DNA of 52,522 bases from a virus (taxonomy: Duplodnaviria > Caudoviricetes): positions 1-52,522 of IMG/VR virus record IMGVR_UViG_3300032216_000546. One strand, given 5' to 3'. Below, one piece after another: positions 9,333 through 19,514 of this stretch. The number at the start of each line of letters is the position of its first letter. Position 1 is the first letter of the stretch. Below the pieces are notes generated by a model. That model did not search any database. It saw nothing but the letters and a program-made list of their open reading frames with translations, and was not told where the DNA came from. A program made the position numbers and the translations under genes.

Positions 9333-9887
9333 ATGGCTACCAACAATCGAATTTCTAGAGACATAGATGATCGTCTTCAAGGACGAGTAGAAGAAATCAA
9401 ATCGAGACAGGAAAACCTGTCTCCTGATGAAGCAGTGAAGCGTGAAAGGCTGGAGGCTTTTCGGGACAAATGGTCCAACACAGCACTGCCGGACGTTCCT
9501 GGGGGCACAATCCCTGGAATGCACCTCTGCTGGTTGTCAACAACCAACCAGTACGATTCAATCGACAAACGAATGGCGTTGGGCTATGAACCAGTGAAAG
9601 TCAGCGAATTAGGCAAAGGCTTTGAGACACTTGGTAAGATGAGCTCCGGCAAGTTTGAAGGTTGTGTATCTTGTAATGAGATGGTTCTCTTTAAATTACC
9701 AGAGGATATCTTCCAAGAAGTAGCAAAAATGTTGCACTTGGACGAGCCATTGGAATATCAACGCAATGTCACTGCAAATGTACGTTCAGCCGCTGAAGCC
9801 GGAAAAGGTGGCCGTTCTATATTGGAAGGTGGAATGCTGGAGATGGAAAGAGACGCAAATCGAGCCTCGTCAAACCCGAGGTTTTAG
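9333..9887 (+). CDS. Conserved hypothetical head-module protein
   Basis: GAGGTG RBS; 184 aa; between scaffold and capsid genes. Confidence 0.7.
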   Translation: MATNNRISRDIDDRLQGRVEEIKSRQENLSPDEAVKRERLEAFRDKWSNTALPDVPGGTIPGMHLCWLSTTNQYDSIDKRMALGYEPVKVSELGKGFETLGKMSSGKFEGCVSCNEMVLFKLPEDIFQEVAKMLHLDEPLEYQRNVTANVRSAAEAGKGGRSILEGGMLEMERDANRASSNPRF

Positions 9888-9911
9888 CAACCAAAATAAG
9901 GAACCAAAATA

Positions 9912-10505
9912 ATGAGCGCAACTTATGCTCCCTTTGGCCTGAAGCCCGTTTATCATCCAAGCGGCATTATTCGTTCGTTGAACTACACTGGTGCTTATGA
10001 CACTGGCGTAGTATTCTACAGCGGTACTGCAGTTTCTTTGAATAACTCTGGCACAGCGTCAACTCTCAGTGTGGCTTCTAATACTCCTACATCAAACCAA
10101 CGCCTTGCTGGCGCGTTTGCTGGTGTTGAGTACACAGATGCATCTGGCCGTCGCACAGTCAGCAAATGGTTCGGCTCCGCTTTAGGAACCGCAACTGATG
10201 TTGTAATGTGGATATTTATGGACCCCGAAATCGTGTATGAGATTCAAGCCAATGGCTCACTCGCTAACACGCAAGTCGGACAAGAGTTCAATTTGACAGC
10301 AAATAGTTCTGGCCAAATCATCGGTAACGGTGGATTGGGTACCTCTACAGCAGGCTTGGATCCAACCAACGTCGCTGCCGGTGTACAAGGCCAGCTCCAA
10401 GTCACCGGATTGGGTCGTGCAATTGACAACGCTTGGGGCGACGCCGCCACAGTCGTACAAGTCAAGATTGCTAACGACAGATTCGTCGCCGCTAACGTAG
10501 AATAA
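9912..10505 (+). CDS. Putative capsid decoration/cement protein
   Basis: APFGLKPV start; G/T/A-rich beta protein immediately before the major capsid gene. Confidence 0.6.
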   Translation: MSATYAPFGLKPVYHPSGIIRSLNYTGAYDTGVVFYSGTAVSLNNSGTASTLSVASNTPTSNQRLAGAFAGVEYTDASGRRTVSKWFGSALGTATDVVMWIFMDPEIVYEIQANGSLANTQVGQEFNLTANSSGQIIGNGGLGTSTAGLDPTNVAAGVQGQLQVTGLGRAIDNAWGDAATVVQVKIANDRFVAANVE

Positions 10506-10524
10506 TAAAGAAAGGAAGTAGCAC

Positions 10525-11442
10525 ATGGCAACACCAATGCGCAGTACGGACTTTAGAGCGGTAGTCGAACCTATCCTCAACGAAGTCTTTGATGGAGTTT
10601 ACGAGCAACGTGATGACGAGTGGAAAGGTTTTGTAAACCAGATCACCGGCATTCCCCGTAACTACCATGAAGAAGTGATGTTATTCGGTATGAATACCGC
10701 TCCTGAGATGCCTGACGGTACACCCGTTAGTTATGACCAGGGTGGTACATTGTATATCACCAGATTCATTTACAAAATCTATGGCTTGGCTTACGCTTTG
10801 ACAAAGGTTTTAATGGAAGATGGCGATCACATTCGTATCGGTTCAACATTCTCCAAGCACTTAGCTCAATCAATGATTGAGACTAAAGAGACATTGTGCG
10901 CTAACTTATTGAATTTTGCGTTCACATCCGGCTATGTCGGTGGTGATGGCGTAACTTTGGTAAATTCAGCACACCCTATCTCTCAAGGCCGTTCATACAG
11001 CAATACTTTGTCTACTGCTGCAGCAATGTCCCAAACTTCTGTAGAGCAAATGCTTATTCAGATTCGTTCCGCAGTTGACAACAACGGCAAACGTATCCGT
11101 TTGAAAGCAGAGCAGTTGGTTGTTCCCCCAGCTTTGGAATTCCAAGCTGAGGTCATTTTGAAGTCTGTTCTCCGTTCCGGCGGTGCAGATAACGATTTGA
11201 ACCCAATCAAATCAACAGGCATGTTGCCAGAAGGCGCACACGTTGTAACTCGTTTGACATCAAGCAAAGCATGGTTTATCCAAACCAATGTTGAGAATGG
11301 TCTCATGCTCGTTATGCGTCGTCCCTTAGAGCGTTCTACCGAAGGTGACTTCGAGACCGACTCTATGCGCTACAAGGCCACTGAGCGTTATGCTACAGGC
11401 TGGCACGATGCTCGTGACATCTACGGTACTATCGGACTTTGA
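10525..11442 (+). CDS. Major capsid protein
   Basis: LVVPPALEF, GDFETDSMRYKATERY; strong codon bias; followed by a terminator. Confidence 0.9.
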   Translation: MATPMRSTDFRAVVEPILNEVFDGVYEQRDDEWKGFVNQITGIPRNYHEEVMLFGMNTAPEMPDGTPVSYDQGGTLYITRFIYKIYGLAYALTKVLMEDGDHIRIGSTFSKHLAQSMIETKETLCANLLNFAFTSGYVGGDGVTLVNSAHPISQGRSYSNTLSTAAAMSQTSVEQMLIQIRSAVDNNGKRIRLKAEQLVVPPALEFQAEVILKSVLRSGGADNDLNPIKSTGMLPEGAHVVTRLTSSKAWFIQTNVENGLMLVMRRPLERSTEGDFETDSMRYKATERYATGWHDARDIYGTIGL

Positions 11443-11457
11443 TCTGAGACGTTCACT

Positions 11458-11484
11458 AAAAGCCCTCTTCGGAGGGCTTTTTTT
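11458..11484 (+). terminator. Rho-independent terminator
   Basis: AAAAGCCCTC-TTCG-GAGGGCTTTTTTT, with a cUUCGg tetraloop. Confidence 0.9.
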
Positions 11485-11509
11485 GACCTAAATAATTGAG
11501 GGACATTAA

Positions 11510-11779
11510 ATGAAATTTGATAAAGCAATACCACGTAAAACAACTGGTAAAGACAAAACATACAACCCGACCAAAGAAGGCGCGGGCATGACTGCCAAGG
11601 GACGTGCGGAATATAATGCCAAAAATGGCAGTAACTTAAAACCCCCAGCACCTAATCCTAAAACAAAAAAGGACGCAGGCAGAAAAGCATCTTTTTGTGC
11701 CCGCATGGAAGGTGTAGTTAAACACGCAAGCGGCCCAGCAGAGCGGGCTAAAGCATCACTCAAGAATTGGAACTGCTAA
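11510..11779 (+). CDS. Small basic protein (DUF6321-like)
   Basis: GMTAKGRAEYN..GSNLKPP..RKASFCARM..SLKNWNC; Lys-rich. Confidence 0.7.
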   Translation: MKFDKAIPRKTTGKDKTYNPTKEGAGMTAKGRAEYNAKNGSNLKPPAPNPKTKKDAGRKASFCARMEGVVKHASGPAERAKASLKNWNC

Positions 11780-11940
11780 TGAAACCTGGACTTTATGCCA
11801 ATATCCACAAAAAGCAAGAACGTATCGCCCGTGAAAAGGCGGTAGGCAAGCCCGTTGAGAAGATGAGGAAACCTGGAACAAAGGGCGCACCCACAGCGCA
11901 GGCGTTTAGGGATTCTGCCAAAACGGCAAAGAACAAATAG
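11779..11940 (+). CDS. 53-aa basic protein (not in ORF track)
   Basis: MKPGLYANIHKKQERIAREKAVGKPVEKMRKPGTKGAPTAQAFRDSAKTAKNK; TAATG coupling. Confidence 0.75.
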   Translation: MKPGLYANIHKKQERIAREKAVGKPVEKMRKPGTKGAPTAQAFRDSAKTAKNK

Positions 11941-11967
11941 TCATTTGGGGCATTTTGCCCCTTAGAA

Positions 11968-11988
11968 ATGGGTATTTATTAATAGGAG
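11968..11988 (+). promoter_or_regulatory. Motif copy 2 (putative late promoter)
   Basis: ATGGGTA TTTATTAA TAGGAG, preceded by a GGGGC-ATTTT-GCCCC hairpin. Confidence 0.6.
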
Positions 11989-11994
11989 CCTCTC

Positions 11995-12065
11995 AGCAGT
12001 ACCGACTACCAAATGGCTCGTGGTAGACGAGATGGAGACTGTACTGCTAATCTTCCCATCTGGAG
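11995..12065 (+). ncRNA. Candidate structured 5' leader RNA
   Basis: Stems 11995-12002/12041-12048 and 12006-12011/12021-12026; possible pseudoknot 12030-12035/12056-12061. Confidence 0.45.
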
Positions 12066-12072
12066 AATAATT

Positions 12073-12606
12073 ATGTCAACAACTTTTAATACACCTCTTC
12101 GCATTTTTAAGCGCAATAATCCTACTAACGACGGAACAATTGCGCCAGATAACACAGGTGCCGCACAGTCAACACAGCAGAGTTACATTACCCCAATCAC
12201 AGCAACTCAAATCGCTGGCGCATTACCTACATTTGATGTAGGCACAACCACAGCAACTCCTTTTGTGTTGCCCGCTGGTGCCATCGTTAGCACAGTGCGT
12301 TTTTACGAAACAACAGCTCCATCTGCCATTACTGGTGGTGTTATTACAGTGAATATTGGCGGCGTTGACGTTGGCACTATTACACCAACAACAACTGGCG
12401 GTATTATTGTTATGTCCCCCACAGCCACCGCAGCAGTTGCAGCGGCCATGGCAAACGTTGGAACAAGCGACGCAACAGTGACTTTCACAGCCACTGCTAT
12501 TACTGCAATCACAGGCACGTTGGCTGGCACTTTCTCTGTAGAGTACACACCCCGTAACTATGATGGTTCTATCGTTGCTGTAGGTTCTGGTTACACAAAC
12601 TACTAA
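12073..12606 (+). CDS. Thr/Ala-rich virion structural protein
   Basis: GGAG RBS before ATG 12073; beta-rich composition. Confidence 0.7.
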   Translation: MSTTFNTPLRIFKRNNPTNDGTIAPDNTGAAQSTQQSYITPITATQIAGALPTFDVGTTTATPFVLPAGAIVSTVRFYETTAPSAITGGVITVNIGGVDVGTITPTTTGGIIVMSPTATAAVAAAMANVGTSDATVTFTATAITAITGTLAGTFSVEYTPRNYDGSIVAVGSGYTNY

Positions 12607-12616
12607 GGACTAGATC

Positions 12617-12895
12617 ATGCGTCAAATAACAGTTGGAGCGGACGTTCTCGTCCCTGTCGACCAATACCTGACGCCGATCAACGTTTCTTACGTTGCCACC
12701 GGCGGCGGTACTGTGCAGATATCGTACACAGATCCTTTTCCATTAAATGCACAAGGATATCCCGTACCTGGCGCACCGACAATGGTTTGGGTTACAGCAC
12801 CCACCAGTCCGATTGTGAATCAGCCCTTTAGGGCTATTCAAGTCACTGGTGGAACTAGCTCAACGCTAACAGTCATCCAAGCCGGAGTGCGCTAA
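12617..12895 (+). CDS. Hypothetical virion protein
   Basis: AAGGA RBS; TAATG coupling. Confidence 0.7.
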   Translation: MRQITVGADVLVPVDQYLTPINVSYVATGGGTVQISYTDPFPLNAQGYPVPGAPTMVWVTAPTSPIVNQPFRAIQVTGGTSSTLTVIQAGVR

Positions 12896-13290
12896 TGGGC
12901 AACGCCTTTTACGGCGGAGTCTATTGCGATACGCGCGGACAGGCAATCCTGTCCGTTGCAATTTGTGACAGGTGTTCTCGCAAGCTACCGTATACGATGC
13001 TTCGCGAGGACCCTAATTTTCCCGGCCTTAAAGTTTGTCCTGACGACTTGGATCAATTTGATCCTTGGCGTCTTGCTGCCATTCAAACAGAGAACATTAC
13101 ATTGAGACATCCTAGACCAGATGTTTCTGTTGCCATAGCTGGTAAGGGTAAAGACATTCCTAATGCGCCCAATGTTGCCAATTTAAACCAAGGTCCTAAC
13201 ATGATTGGAACAGGGTTTGGCGACTCGTTAACTCCAGCGGAATACGGCAATGAGTCAGCAACACCAACACCAGGCAATTTAGAGAGTTAA
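12895..13290 (+). CDS. Hypothetical protein with CxxC..C motif
   Basis: AICDRC..GLKVC..DQFDP..LRHPRPD. Confidence 0.7.
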   Translation: MGNAFYGGVYCDTRGQAILSVAICDRCSRKLPYTMLREDPNFPGLKVCPDDLDQFDPWRLAAIQTENITLRHPRPDVSVAIAGKGKDIPNAPNVANLNQGPNMIGTGFGDSLTPAEYGNESATPTPGNLES

Positions 13291-13292
13291 AA

Positions 13293-14621
13293 ATGGCAGA
13301 TATAAGCATACTCCAATTACCACCAACAACGTACGTAAACGTCAATGATGTTTCTGTGATTGTCCAAGGGGGTGTCACTAAAAAAGTAGCCGCAGGTGTT
13401 TTACTTGGAGGCACACAAGGTCCTACTGGACCACAAGGTAGCACAGGGGCGCAAGGAGTTAGAGGACCCACAGGCGTACAAGGGCCACAAGGTAATGCCG
13501 GGCCACAAGGCACCCAAGGTTTTGCAGGCCCCACGGGGCCACAAGGTAACCAAGGTATTCAAGGACCAACCGGCCCACAAGGCCCATACGGGCCTACTGG
13601 CGCACCATCAAACGTAACAGGGCCTACAGGGCCCACGGGGGCCCAAGGCGTTCAAGGTGCCACGGGCCCTACAGGTACCCAAGGCGCACAAGGTATTCAA
13701 GGTGTTCAGGGTGTTCAAGGTATCACAGGCCCCACGGGGGCTCAAGGCATACAAGGCATATCGGGCCCCACAGGACCTCAATCAAATGTTGTAGGACCAA
13801 CCGGCGCAACCGGCCCTACCGGCGCTGTATCAACCACCCCTGGACCTACAGGACCTCAAGGAGTCACAGGCCCTACTGGTAGTACAGGTGCAGGAGGACC
13901 TACAGGACCTCAAGGAGTCACAGGCCCCACTGGCAGTACAGGTGCAGGAGGACCTACAGGACCTCAAGGCATACAGGGCACTACAGGACCCACTGGAGCA
14001 ACAGGCCCTACAACTTATCCTGCCGCGGGAATTGCTGTATCAACTGGTTCGGCATGGACAACGTCCTATGGCACTTCTGGGGCAAACTCTGTTGTTGTTC
14101 GAGACGCCAATCAAAACATTAGTGCTAATTCAATTAGTGAAAGTTTTTCAAACGTAGCGGCTGCGGGCACTACAACAGTTCTTACTGCTGCTTCTGCTCC
14201 AAACTATGTGGTTACGGGTTCTGGTGGTCAGACGTATCAATTGCCTGACGCCACAACTTTGCCTAATGGTGTTAACTACACGTTTAATAATAACCAGAGT
14301 TCTGGAACAATTGTTGTTAAAAACAATTCTTCAACCACGGTTGCCACAATTCAATCCGGCGGTTTTGTAGAAGTTATTTTGTTGTCTAACGCAACTTCTG
14401 CCGGCTCTTGGGATTTACACACTTTTGCACCAGCAAATGTTTCTTGGTCAACCAATACATTGGATTATGCAGGCTCAATTACTTCCGCAACATGGAACGG
14501 TGCTACTGTTGCAATTAACCGTGGAGGCACGGGCCTTTCAACAATTGGGGCTGCCGGCACGGTGTTAAATTCAAACGGCACAGTTGCTTCTTGGGGTAGT
14601 GTATCAGGAGGCACGTTCTAA
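13293..14621 (+). CDS. Collagen-like fibre protein
   Basis: About 200 aa of Gly-X-Y repeats (GPTGPQG) followed by a beta-rich C-terminal domain. Confidence 0.85.
   Translation: MADISILQLPPTTYVNVNDVSVIVQGGVTKKVAAGVLLGGTQGPTGPQGSTGAQGVRGPTGVQGPQGNAGPQGTQGFAGPTGPQGNQGIQGPTGPQGPYGPTGAPSNVTGPTGPTGAQGVQGATGPTGTQGAQGIQGVQGVQGITGPTGAQGIQGISGPTGPQSNVVGPTGATGPTGAVSTTPGPTGPQGVTGPTGSTGAGGPTGPQGVTGPTGSTGAGGPTGPQGIQGTTGPTGATGPTTYPAAGIAVSTGSAWTTSYGTSGANSVVVRDANQNISANSISESFSNVAAAGTTTVLTAASAPNYVVTGSGGQTYQLPDATTLPNGVNYTFNNNQSSGTIVVKNNSSTTVATIQSGGFVEVILLSNATSAGSWDLHTFAPANVSWSTNTLDYAGSITSATWNGATVAINRGGTGLSTIGAAGTVLNSNGTVASWGSVSGGTF
13842..13969 (+). repeat. 54-bp tandem duplication within the collagen region
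   Basis: Two near-identical 54-bp units plus a partial third ([18 protein letters not shown]). Confidence 0.85.
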
Positions 14622-15679
14622 TGAAGATAGCAGTTTATGCAATCAGTAAAAACGAAGAACAGTTTGTAAAACGGTTTTGTGACTCGGCAAAAAGCGCCGA
14701 CTTGATATTGATTGCGGACACTGGGTCAACCGACAAAACAGTCGAGTTGGCAAAAGAACAAGGCGCTGTGGTGCATGATATTTGCATTTCCCCATGGCGT
14801 TTTGATAAAGCAAGAGACGCCGCACTGGCGTTAATCCCAAGGGACATAGACGTCTGTGTCAGCCTTGATCTTGACGAAGTACTTCAGCCAGGTTGGCGTG
14901 AAGAAATTGAGCGCGTGTGGACCGAAGGGACCACACGTTTACGTTATAAATTTGACTGGGGGCAAGGAATTGCCTTTTATTATGAAAAAATTCATTCTCG
15001 ACACGGCTACTACTGGCATCATCCTTGTCACGAGTATCCGGTACCTGATCCAAGACTACAAGAAGTCTATGCCCAGACCGACAAATTACTGGTAATCCAT
15101 GAGCCGGACAACACCAAGTCAAGAAGCCAATACTTAGACTTACTTAAAGTCGCAGTCACGGAGGACAAAGAGTGTCCTCGCAATGCGTTCTACTACGCTC
15201 GTGAACTAACATTCAACTACAAGTGGCAAGAAGGCATTGAGGCCTTAAACAAGTACCTTTCGCTCCCTGGCGCCACATGGCCTAACGAGCGGTGTTACGC
15301 CATGCGCATCATGAGCAAATGCTATGAAGAGCTGGGAGACATCCATGCGGCCCTTAAATGGGCCCGTCTGGCGGTCGCTGAGGCCCCTGGAACACGCGAG
15401 CCTTGGGTCAACCTAGCTTTAATCACTTACAGGCGTTCTATGTGGCCTGAGAGCTATTCTTCGGCGTTGACTGCTTTGGACATCAAGGACAAAGAGGCGG
15501 TGTACACCATGGACCCCGCCGTGTGGACAGAACAGCCCTACGACCTGGCCAGCATAGCGGCTTGGAATTTAGGATTGAAGAATCATGCAATTGAGTTTTG
15601 TAAGAAAGCCCTGGAGTTTAATCCCTCCGATTCAAGACTTATTACCAACCTTAGCCAAATGACAGAGGAAGTTGTATAA
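14621..15679 (+). CDS. GT2-family glycosyltransferase with TPR-like C-terminus
   Basis: IAVYAISKNEE, DTGSTDKT and LDLDE (DxD) motifs; helical repeats at the C-terminus. Confidence 0.88.
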   Translation: MKIAVYAISKNEEQFVKRFCDSAKSADLILIADTGSTDKTVELAKEQGAVVHDICISPWRFDKARDAALALIPRDIDVCVSLDLDEVLQPGWREEIERVWTEGTTRLRYKFDWGQGIAFYYEKIHSRHGYYWHHPCHEYPVPDPRLQEVYAQTDKLLVIHEPDNTKSRSQYLDLLKVAVTEDKECPRNAFYYARELTFNYKWQEGIEALNKYLSLPGATWPNERCYAMRIMSKCYEELGDIHAALKWARLAVAEAPGTREPWVNLALITYRRSMWPESYSSALTALDIKDKEAVYTMDPAVWTEQPYDLASIAAWNLGLKNHAIEFCKKALEFNPSDSRLITNLSQMTEEVV

Positions 15680-15919
15680 ATGACACCACAAGATATGTTT
15701 GATGCCGCTATAGCGTTTTGCGCTGTGTTAGGTGGCTGGGTTTTAAAAACCATATGGGACAGCATTACTGCTTTAAAGCACGACATGAAAGAAATTACTA
15801 GGGAAATCAACCAGGATTTTGTGCGTCGTGAGGATTTTAAAGACTCCATCAAAGAGATTAAAGATATGCTAGGTAAGATTTTTGACAAGTTGGATGGTAA
15901 GTTAGACAAGGGCGATTAA
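15680..15919 (+). CDS. Small membrane protein with coiled coil
   Basis: One hydrophobic segment (AAIAFCAVLGGWVL) then FVRREDFKDSIKEIK. Confidence 0.7.
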   Translation: MTPQDMFDAAIAFCAVLGGWVLKTIWDSITALKHDMKEITREINQDFVRREDFKDSIKEIKDMLGKIFDKLDGKLDKGD

Positions 15920-15929
15920 GCTCTTTTTC

Positions 15930-15950
15930 ATGGGTAATTACAATTAGGAG
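15930..15950 (+). promoter_or_regulatory. Motif copy 3
   Basis: ATGGGTA ATTACAAT TAGGAG. Confidence 0.6.
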
Positions 15951-15958
15951 AACATAAA

Positions 15959-16321
15959 ATGGCCGCATATAAATCACGTTTCGATCACGCTAAAAAAGAC
16001 GCCGAAGTTGAGGCAATGGACATGGCTCAAGACAAAAAAGTTGTCAAGAAAGCTATTGCCATGCACGACGAGCAAGAGCACAAAGGCGAAAAAACCGACC
16101 TCAGCAAGTTGCGCAAAGGCGGCAGAGCTAAAAAAGAAAAAGGCACTGTTCGCGAAATGTGCGGCGGCGGCATGGGTAAGTACAAAGAAGGCGGACGCAT
16201 GTCTGACTTGACCCCCGGCACAGCTAAAGGCAAGAATAAAGAAGACGCTATTAAAAAGACGCCTGATATCAGCAAAGATATCAGTAAGTTCAAAAAAGGC
16301 GGAATGAAAAAGGTTTGCTAA
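15959..16321 (+). CDS. Lys-rich protein with four xxxGG motifs
   Basis: LRKGG, MCGGG, YKEGG and FKKGG. Confidence 0.75.
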   Translation: MAAYKSRFDHAKKDAEVEAMDMAQDKKVVKKAIAMHDEQEHKGEKTDLSKLRKGGRAKKEKGTVREMCGGGMGKYKEGGRMSDLTPGTAKGKNKEDAIKKTPDISKDISKFKKGGMKKVC

Positions 16322-16322
16322 A

Positions 16323-16484
16323 ATGCCTATTCAATCTAAGTCTCAAGAGCGCTTAATGCAGGGCGTGGCACACTCTCCGGAGTTTGCCAAGAAGGTCGGC
16401 ATTAAGCAGTCTGTTGGTAAGGAGTTTGTCAAAGCCGGTCCGGCCAAGAAGAAGCTCCCAGAACGTAAGAAGAATGGCAAGTAA
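16323..16484 (+). CDS. 53-aa basic protein (not in ORF track)
   Basis: MPIQSKSQERLMQGVAHSPEFAKKVGIKQSVGKEFVKAGPAKKKLPERKKNGK. Confidence 0.75.
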   Translation: MPIQSKSQERLMQGVAHSPEFAKKVGIKQSVGKEFVKAGPAKKKLPERKKNGK

Positions 16485-17517
16485 CTACAACAACACGTCA
16501 AACACAACTGGTCAGACTGTAATAACGGTCGACCAGTTGATTTCGTTTGCGTACAAGGAAGCTGGCAAGATATCTGAGGAGTTGACTCCTGAGTATATCA
16601 ATGCTGCTCGCCAGGCGTTGTTTTACATTTTGATCAACCTGTCTAACAGGGGCGTCAATCTTTGGTTGCTTGAGTACTTGGTGTTTGGCAGTGAGCCACA
16701 AACAAGGCAGTACAGACTGCCCGTAGGCACGGTGGATGTTCGTGAGGCCAACTATAGGTCAATGACCAGGCCCAGCGCCACGTCAGACACAACTGGCGGC
16801 GCGTTCAACACAACGACGTCTACGCTAGAGTATTCAATTGCCGCGGGGGGTTCAGCCACTGCGTATTACTCACAAGCGTTTAGGTTTTTAAGCGCAGGCT
16901 TTTTGTCAAGCACACAGAACGTGTCGTTGACAGTGGAGTACAGCTACGATGGTGTCACATGGTCCAATATTGGTGTTGTTACAAACGGCATCGTAAACGA
17001 TTGGGGATACATACAAATTGACGGTTCGCCACAGGCGAACTTTTGGCGTTTTAGAAACACATCAGCGTCTATTATTAAGGTGCGTGCCTTGTCACTGGCG
17101 TCAGTGCAACAAGACATACCGATTGCGCGTTTAAATAGGGACGATTACTTCAGTCTACCAAACAAGGACTTCCTTGGAACTAGATCGCTTCAATATTGGT
17201 TTGATCGTCAAGTAACACCAGTTGTGGATGTGTGGCCTGTTCCACAGGACGCGTTCCAAGCGTTTCAGTTTGTTATTGAGATGCAACCACAAGACGTGGG
17301 AAAATTGACCAATGAGATAGCTGTTCCTGACCGTTGGATTCCAGCAATTCAAGCCCAGCTATCTCATCGTCTTTCAAAAGTATTGCCTGGCATTGACCCT
17401 GGTCGAATTACAATGTTAAAGCAAGACGCCGCTGAAATGACACTAACAGCAGAAGAAGAAGACAGGGATAAGTCACCGATTTACTTCCGTCCAAATGTTA
17501 GTTACTACACCAGATAA
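16474..17517 (+). CDS. Putative head-tail connector/neck protein
   Basis: Start reassigned to ATG 16474; NRGVNLW and RLNRDDYFSLPNK..QYWFDRQ; structural context. Confidence 0.6.
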   Translation: MASNYNNTSNTTGQTVITVDQLISFAYKEAGKISEELTPEYINAARQALFYILINLSNRGVNLWLLEYLVFGSEPQTRQYRLPVGTVDVREANYRSMTRPSATSDTTGGAFNTTTSTLEYSIAAGGSATAYYSQAFRFLSAGFLSSTQNVSLTVEYSYDGVTWSNIGVVTNGIVNDWGYIQIDGSPQANFWRFRNTSASIIKVRALSLASVQQDIPIARLNRDDYFSLPNKDFLGTRSLQYWFDRQVTPVVDVWPVPQDAFQAFQFVIEMQPQDVGKLTNEIAVPDRWIPAIQAQLSHRLSKVLPGIDPGRITMLKQDAAEMTLTAEEEDRDKSPIYFRPNVSYYTR

Positions 17518-17526
17518 GGAATAACT

Positions 17527-18150
17527 ATGGCAGCAACAGGCTTCACGCCCATATCACTATACACGTCAACAACTGCTACAAACGTGCCTTTGTCAGCCAA
17601 TTTGGTAAATGGTGAGTTGGCCATTAATATTACCGATGGAAAGTTATTCTACAAAGACAACAGTTCTGTAGTTCAAACTTTAGCCACTAAGTCAGCAACA
17701 TCAGGCGACTTTAGTAACTTCACTGGTGCTGTGACACTGGCAAAAGGAACTACAGGGCAACAGCCTACAGGCGTAGCAGGCATGTTGAGGTTCAACACCA
17801 CGACCACACAGTTTGAAGGTTACAACGGTTCAGCGTGGAGTTCTGTTGGTGGTGCAACAATTAACAACATCACCACTAATGCAACTTACTACCCACTGTT
17901 TGCAAGTACGACATCAGGTACAGCATTAACAATTTATACATCAAGTCCAAACTATGTATTCAATCCAAGTACAAGCGACTTGACGAGTAGTCAATTGATT
18001 GCAGGAAATTGTCTGCATATCAACAATCAGACCATGAACACAAGTTACACAATACCTGCAACGCAGAGTGCAATGTCAGCAGGGCCAATCACTCTTGCGA
18101 GTGGTGTATCGGTCACATTGGCATCTGGTGCTCGGTGGGTTGTTCTTTGA
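17527..18150 (+). CDS. Tail fibre/baseplate-type protein
   Basis: GELAINITDGKLFYK, GMLRFNTTTTQFEGYNGSAW and NAMSAGPIT-like C-terminus. Confidence 0.7.
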   Translation: MAATGFTPISLYTSTTATNVPLSANLVNGELAINITDGKLFYKDNSSVVQTLATKSATSGDFSNFTGAVTLAKGTTGQQPTGVAGMLRFNTTTTQFEGYNGSAWSSVGGATINNITTNATYYPLFASTTSGTALTIYTSSPNYVFNPSTSDLTSSQLIAGNCLHINNQTMNTSYTIPATQSAMSAGPITLASGVSVTLASGARWVVL

Positions 18151-18162
18151 TAAGGAAATAAA

Positions 18163-19512
18163 ATGGCATCAATCGTTTTAACTGCGGCAACGGCAGGGGG
18201 CACAACCTCTATCACTCCAACAGATCAATCTGGAGTGGTAAATCTTACTTTGCCTTCAACAGGTGGCACTCTACAAACATCAGGAGCAGGGTTCACAACG
18301 AATGGCGTAGCATACGCTACAAGTACAAGTGCTTTGGCTACTGGGGGTTCATTTACATTTAACGGTAGCGCCACAAGTCCAGTAGTTACAGTTACTAGCA
18401 CAAGCACAACTGCATCTAGTCAAGACTTCACAACTAACAGTGCGGCACAAAGGGCAACGATAGGCGTAGAACGAAGTGCTGGTGCTGGATTATTTGTAGG
18501 TTCAAGTGCATATGCCGCTGTATTTGGTTCAGCAGGTGCGAGTAGTACGCAATTTGCTTCCAATAATAATGTAAGAATGACGATTGACTCGTCAGGACTT
18601 GTAGGTATAGGTACAAGTAGTCCTGCTTATGGGCTAGATGTACAAGGTAGTTCAAACACCAGTATAAGAGTATATAGTCCTAATTATTCTTCATTGAGAG
18701 TGCAGAACAGTTACACAGGGACTAGTAATTCTGATGGTTTGTTAATTGAAATGGGTTATACGGATGCACTTATTTACAATTACGAATCAGCAAATTTAAA
18801 ATTTGGTACTAACAATACAGAAGCAATGCGTATAGACGCTAGTCAACATTTATTACTAGGCAATACAGCACCTACGGTTGCGGTGGCTGAATATAAAATG
18901 TATCTCCAAGGCCCAGCAAATGCGGCAAATAGCAATAGTACAGCTTTAGCAGATCAAAAATGCGGCTTGTATTTGTATGACAATAATGCAGGTAATTCAA
19001 ATACTGAAGGAGCGCAAAGTGCTTTAGTAATTGCAGTGAGTCAAGGTGGTGCATCAACACCCGGAAATTTAATTACTGGCTATACAACTTACTCAACTCC
19101 ATTACGTACATTTCAAGTTACAGCTTATGGTGCTGTTTATAACAATAACGGTACTTATGGAACACTTTCAGACCAAAAAGCAAAACAAGATATTGTCGAT
19201 GCTAGTTCACAGTGGCAAGACATTAAAAATGTAAGGGTTAGAAAATACAGGCTCAAAAGTGAAGTAGAAAGAAATGAAAATGCGCCATCACTTATTGGCG
19301 TAGTTGCACAAGAACTTGAATTAACATCGCCAAATTTGGTTGATTCACCTGAAGGATGTGAAACTGATGAAAATGTATTTAAAACAGTAAAGACTTCTGT
19401 TCTCCAAATGAAAGCCTTGAAAGCACTTCAAGAAGCAATGGCAAGAATCGAAACTCTTGAAACAACAATTACATCACTAACAGAGCGTATAACTGCTCTT
19501 GAAGGGAAATAA
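18163..19512 (+). CDS. Tail fibre with C-terminal intramolecular chaperone (peptidase S74-like)
   Basis: VGIGTSSP repeats; SDQKAKQDI cleavage-site pattern; GVVAQEL; terminal coiled coil. Confidence 0.85.
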   Translation: MASIVLTAATAGGTTSITPTDQSGVVNLTLPSTGGTLQTSGAGFTTNGVAYATSTSALATGGSFTFNGSATSPVVTVTSTSTTASSQDFTTNSAAQRATIGVERSAGAGLFVGSSAYAAVFGSAGASSTQFASNNNVRMTIDSSGLVGIGTSSPAYGLDVQGSSNTSIRVYSPNYSSLRVQNSYTGTSNSDGLLIEMGYTDALIYNYESANLKFGTNNTEAMRIDASQHLLLGNTAPTVAVAEYKMYLQGPANAANSNSTALADQKCGLYLYDNNAGNSNTEGAQSALVIAVSQGGASTPGNLITGYTTYSTPLRTFQVTAYGAVYNNNGTYGTLSDQKAKQDIVDASSQWQDIKNVRVRKYRLKSEVERNENAPSLIGVVAQELELTSPNLVDSPEGCETDENVFKTVKTSVLQMKALKALQEAMARIETLETTITSLTERITALEGK

Positions 19513-19514
19513 AC

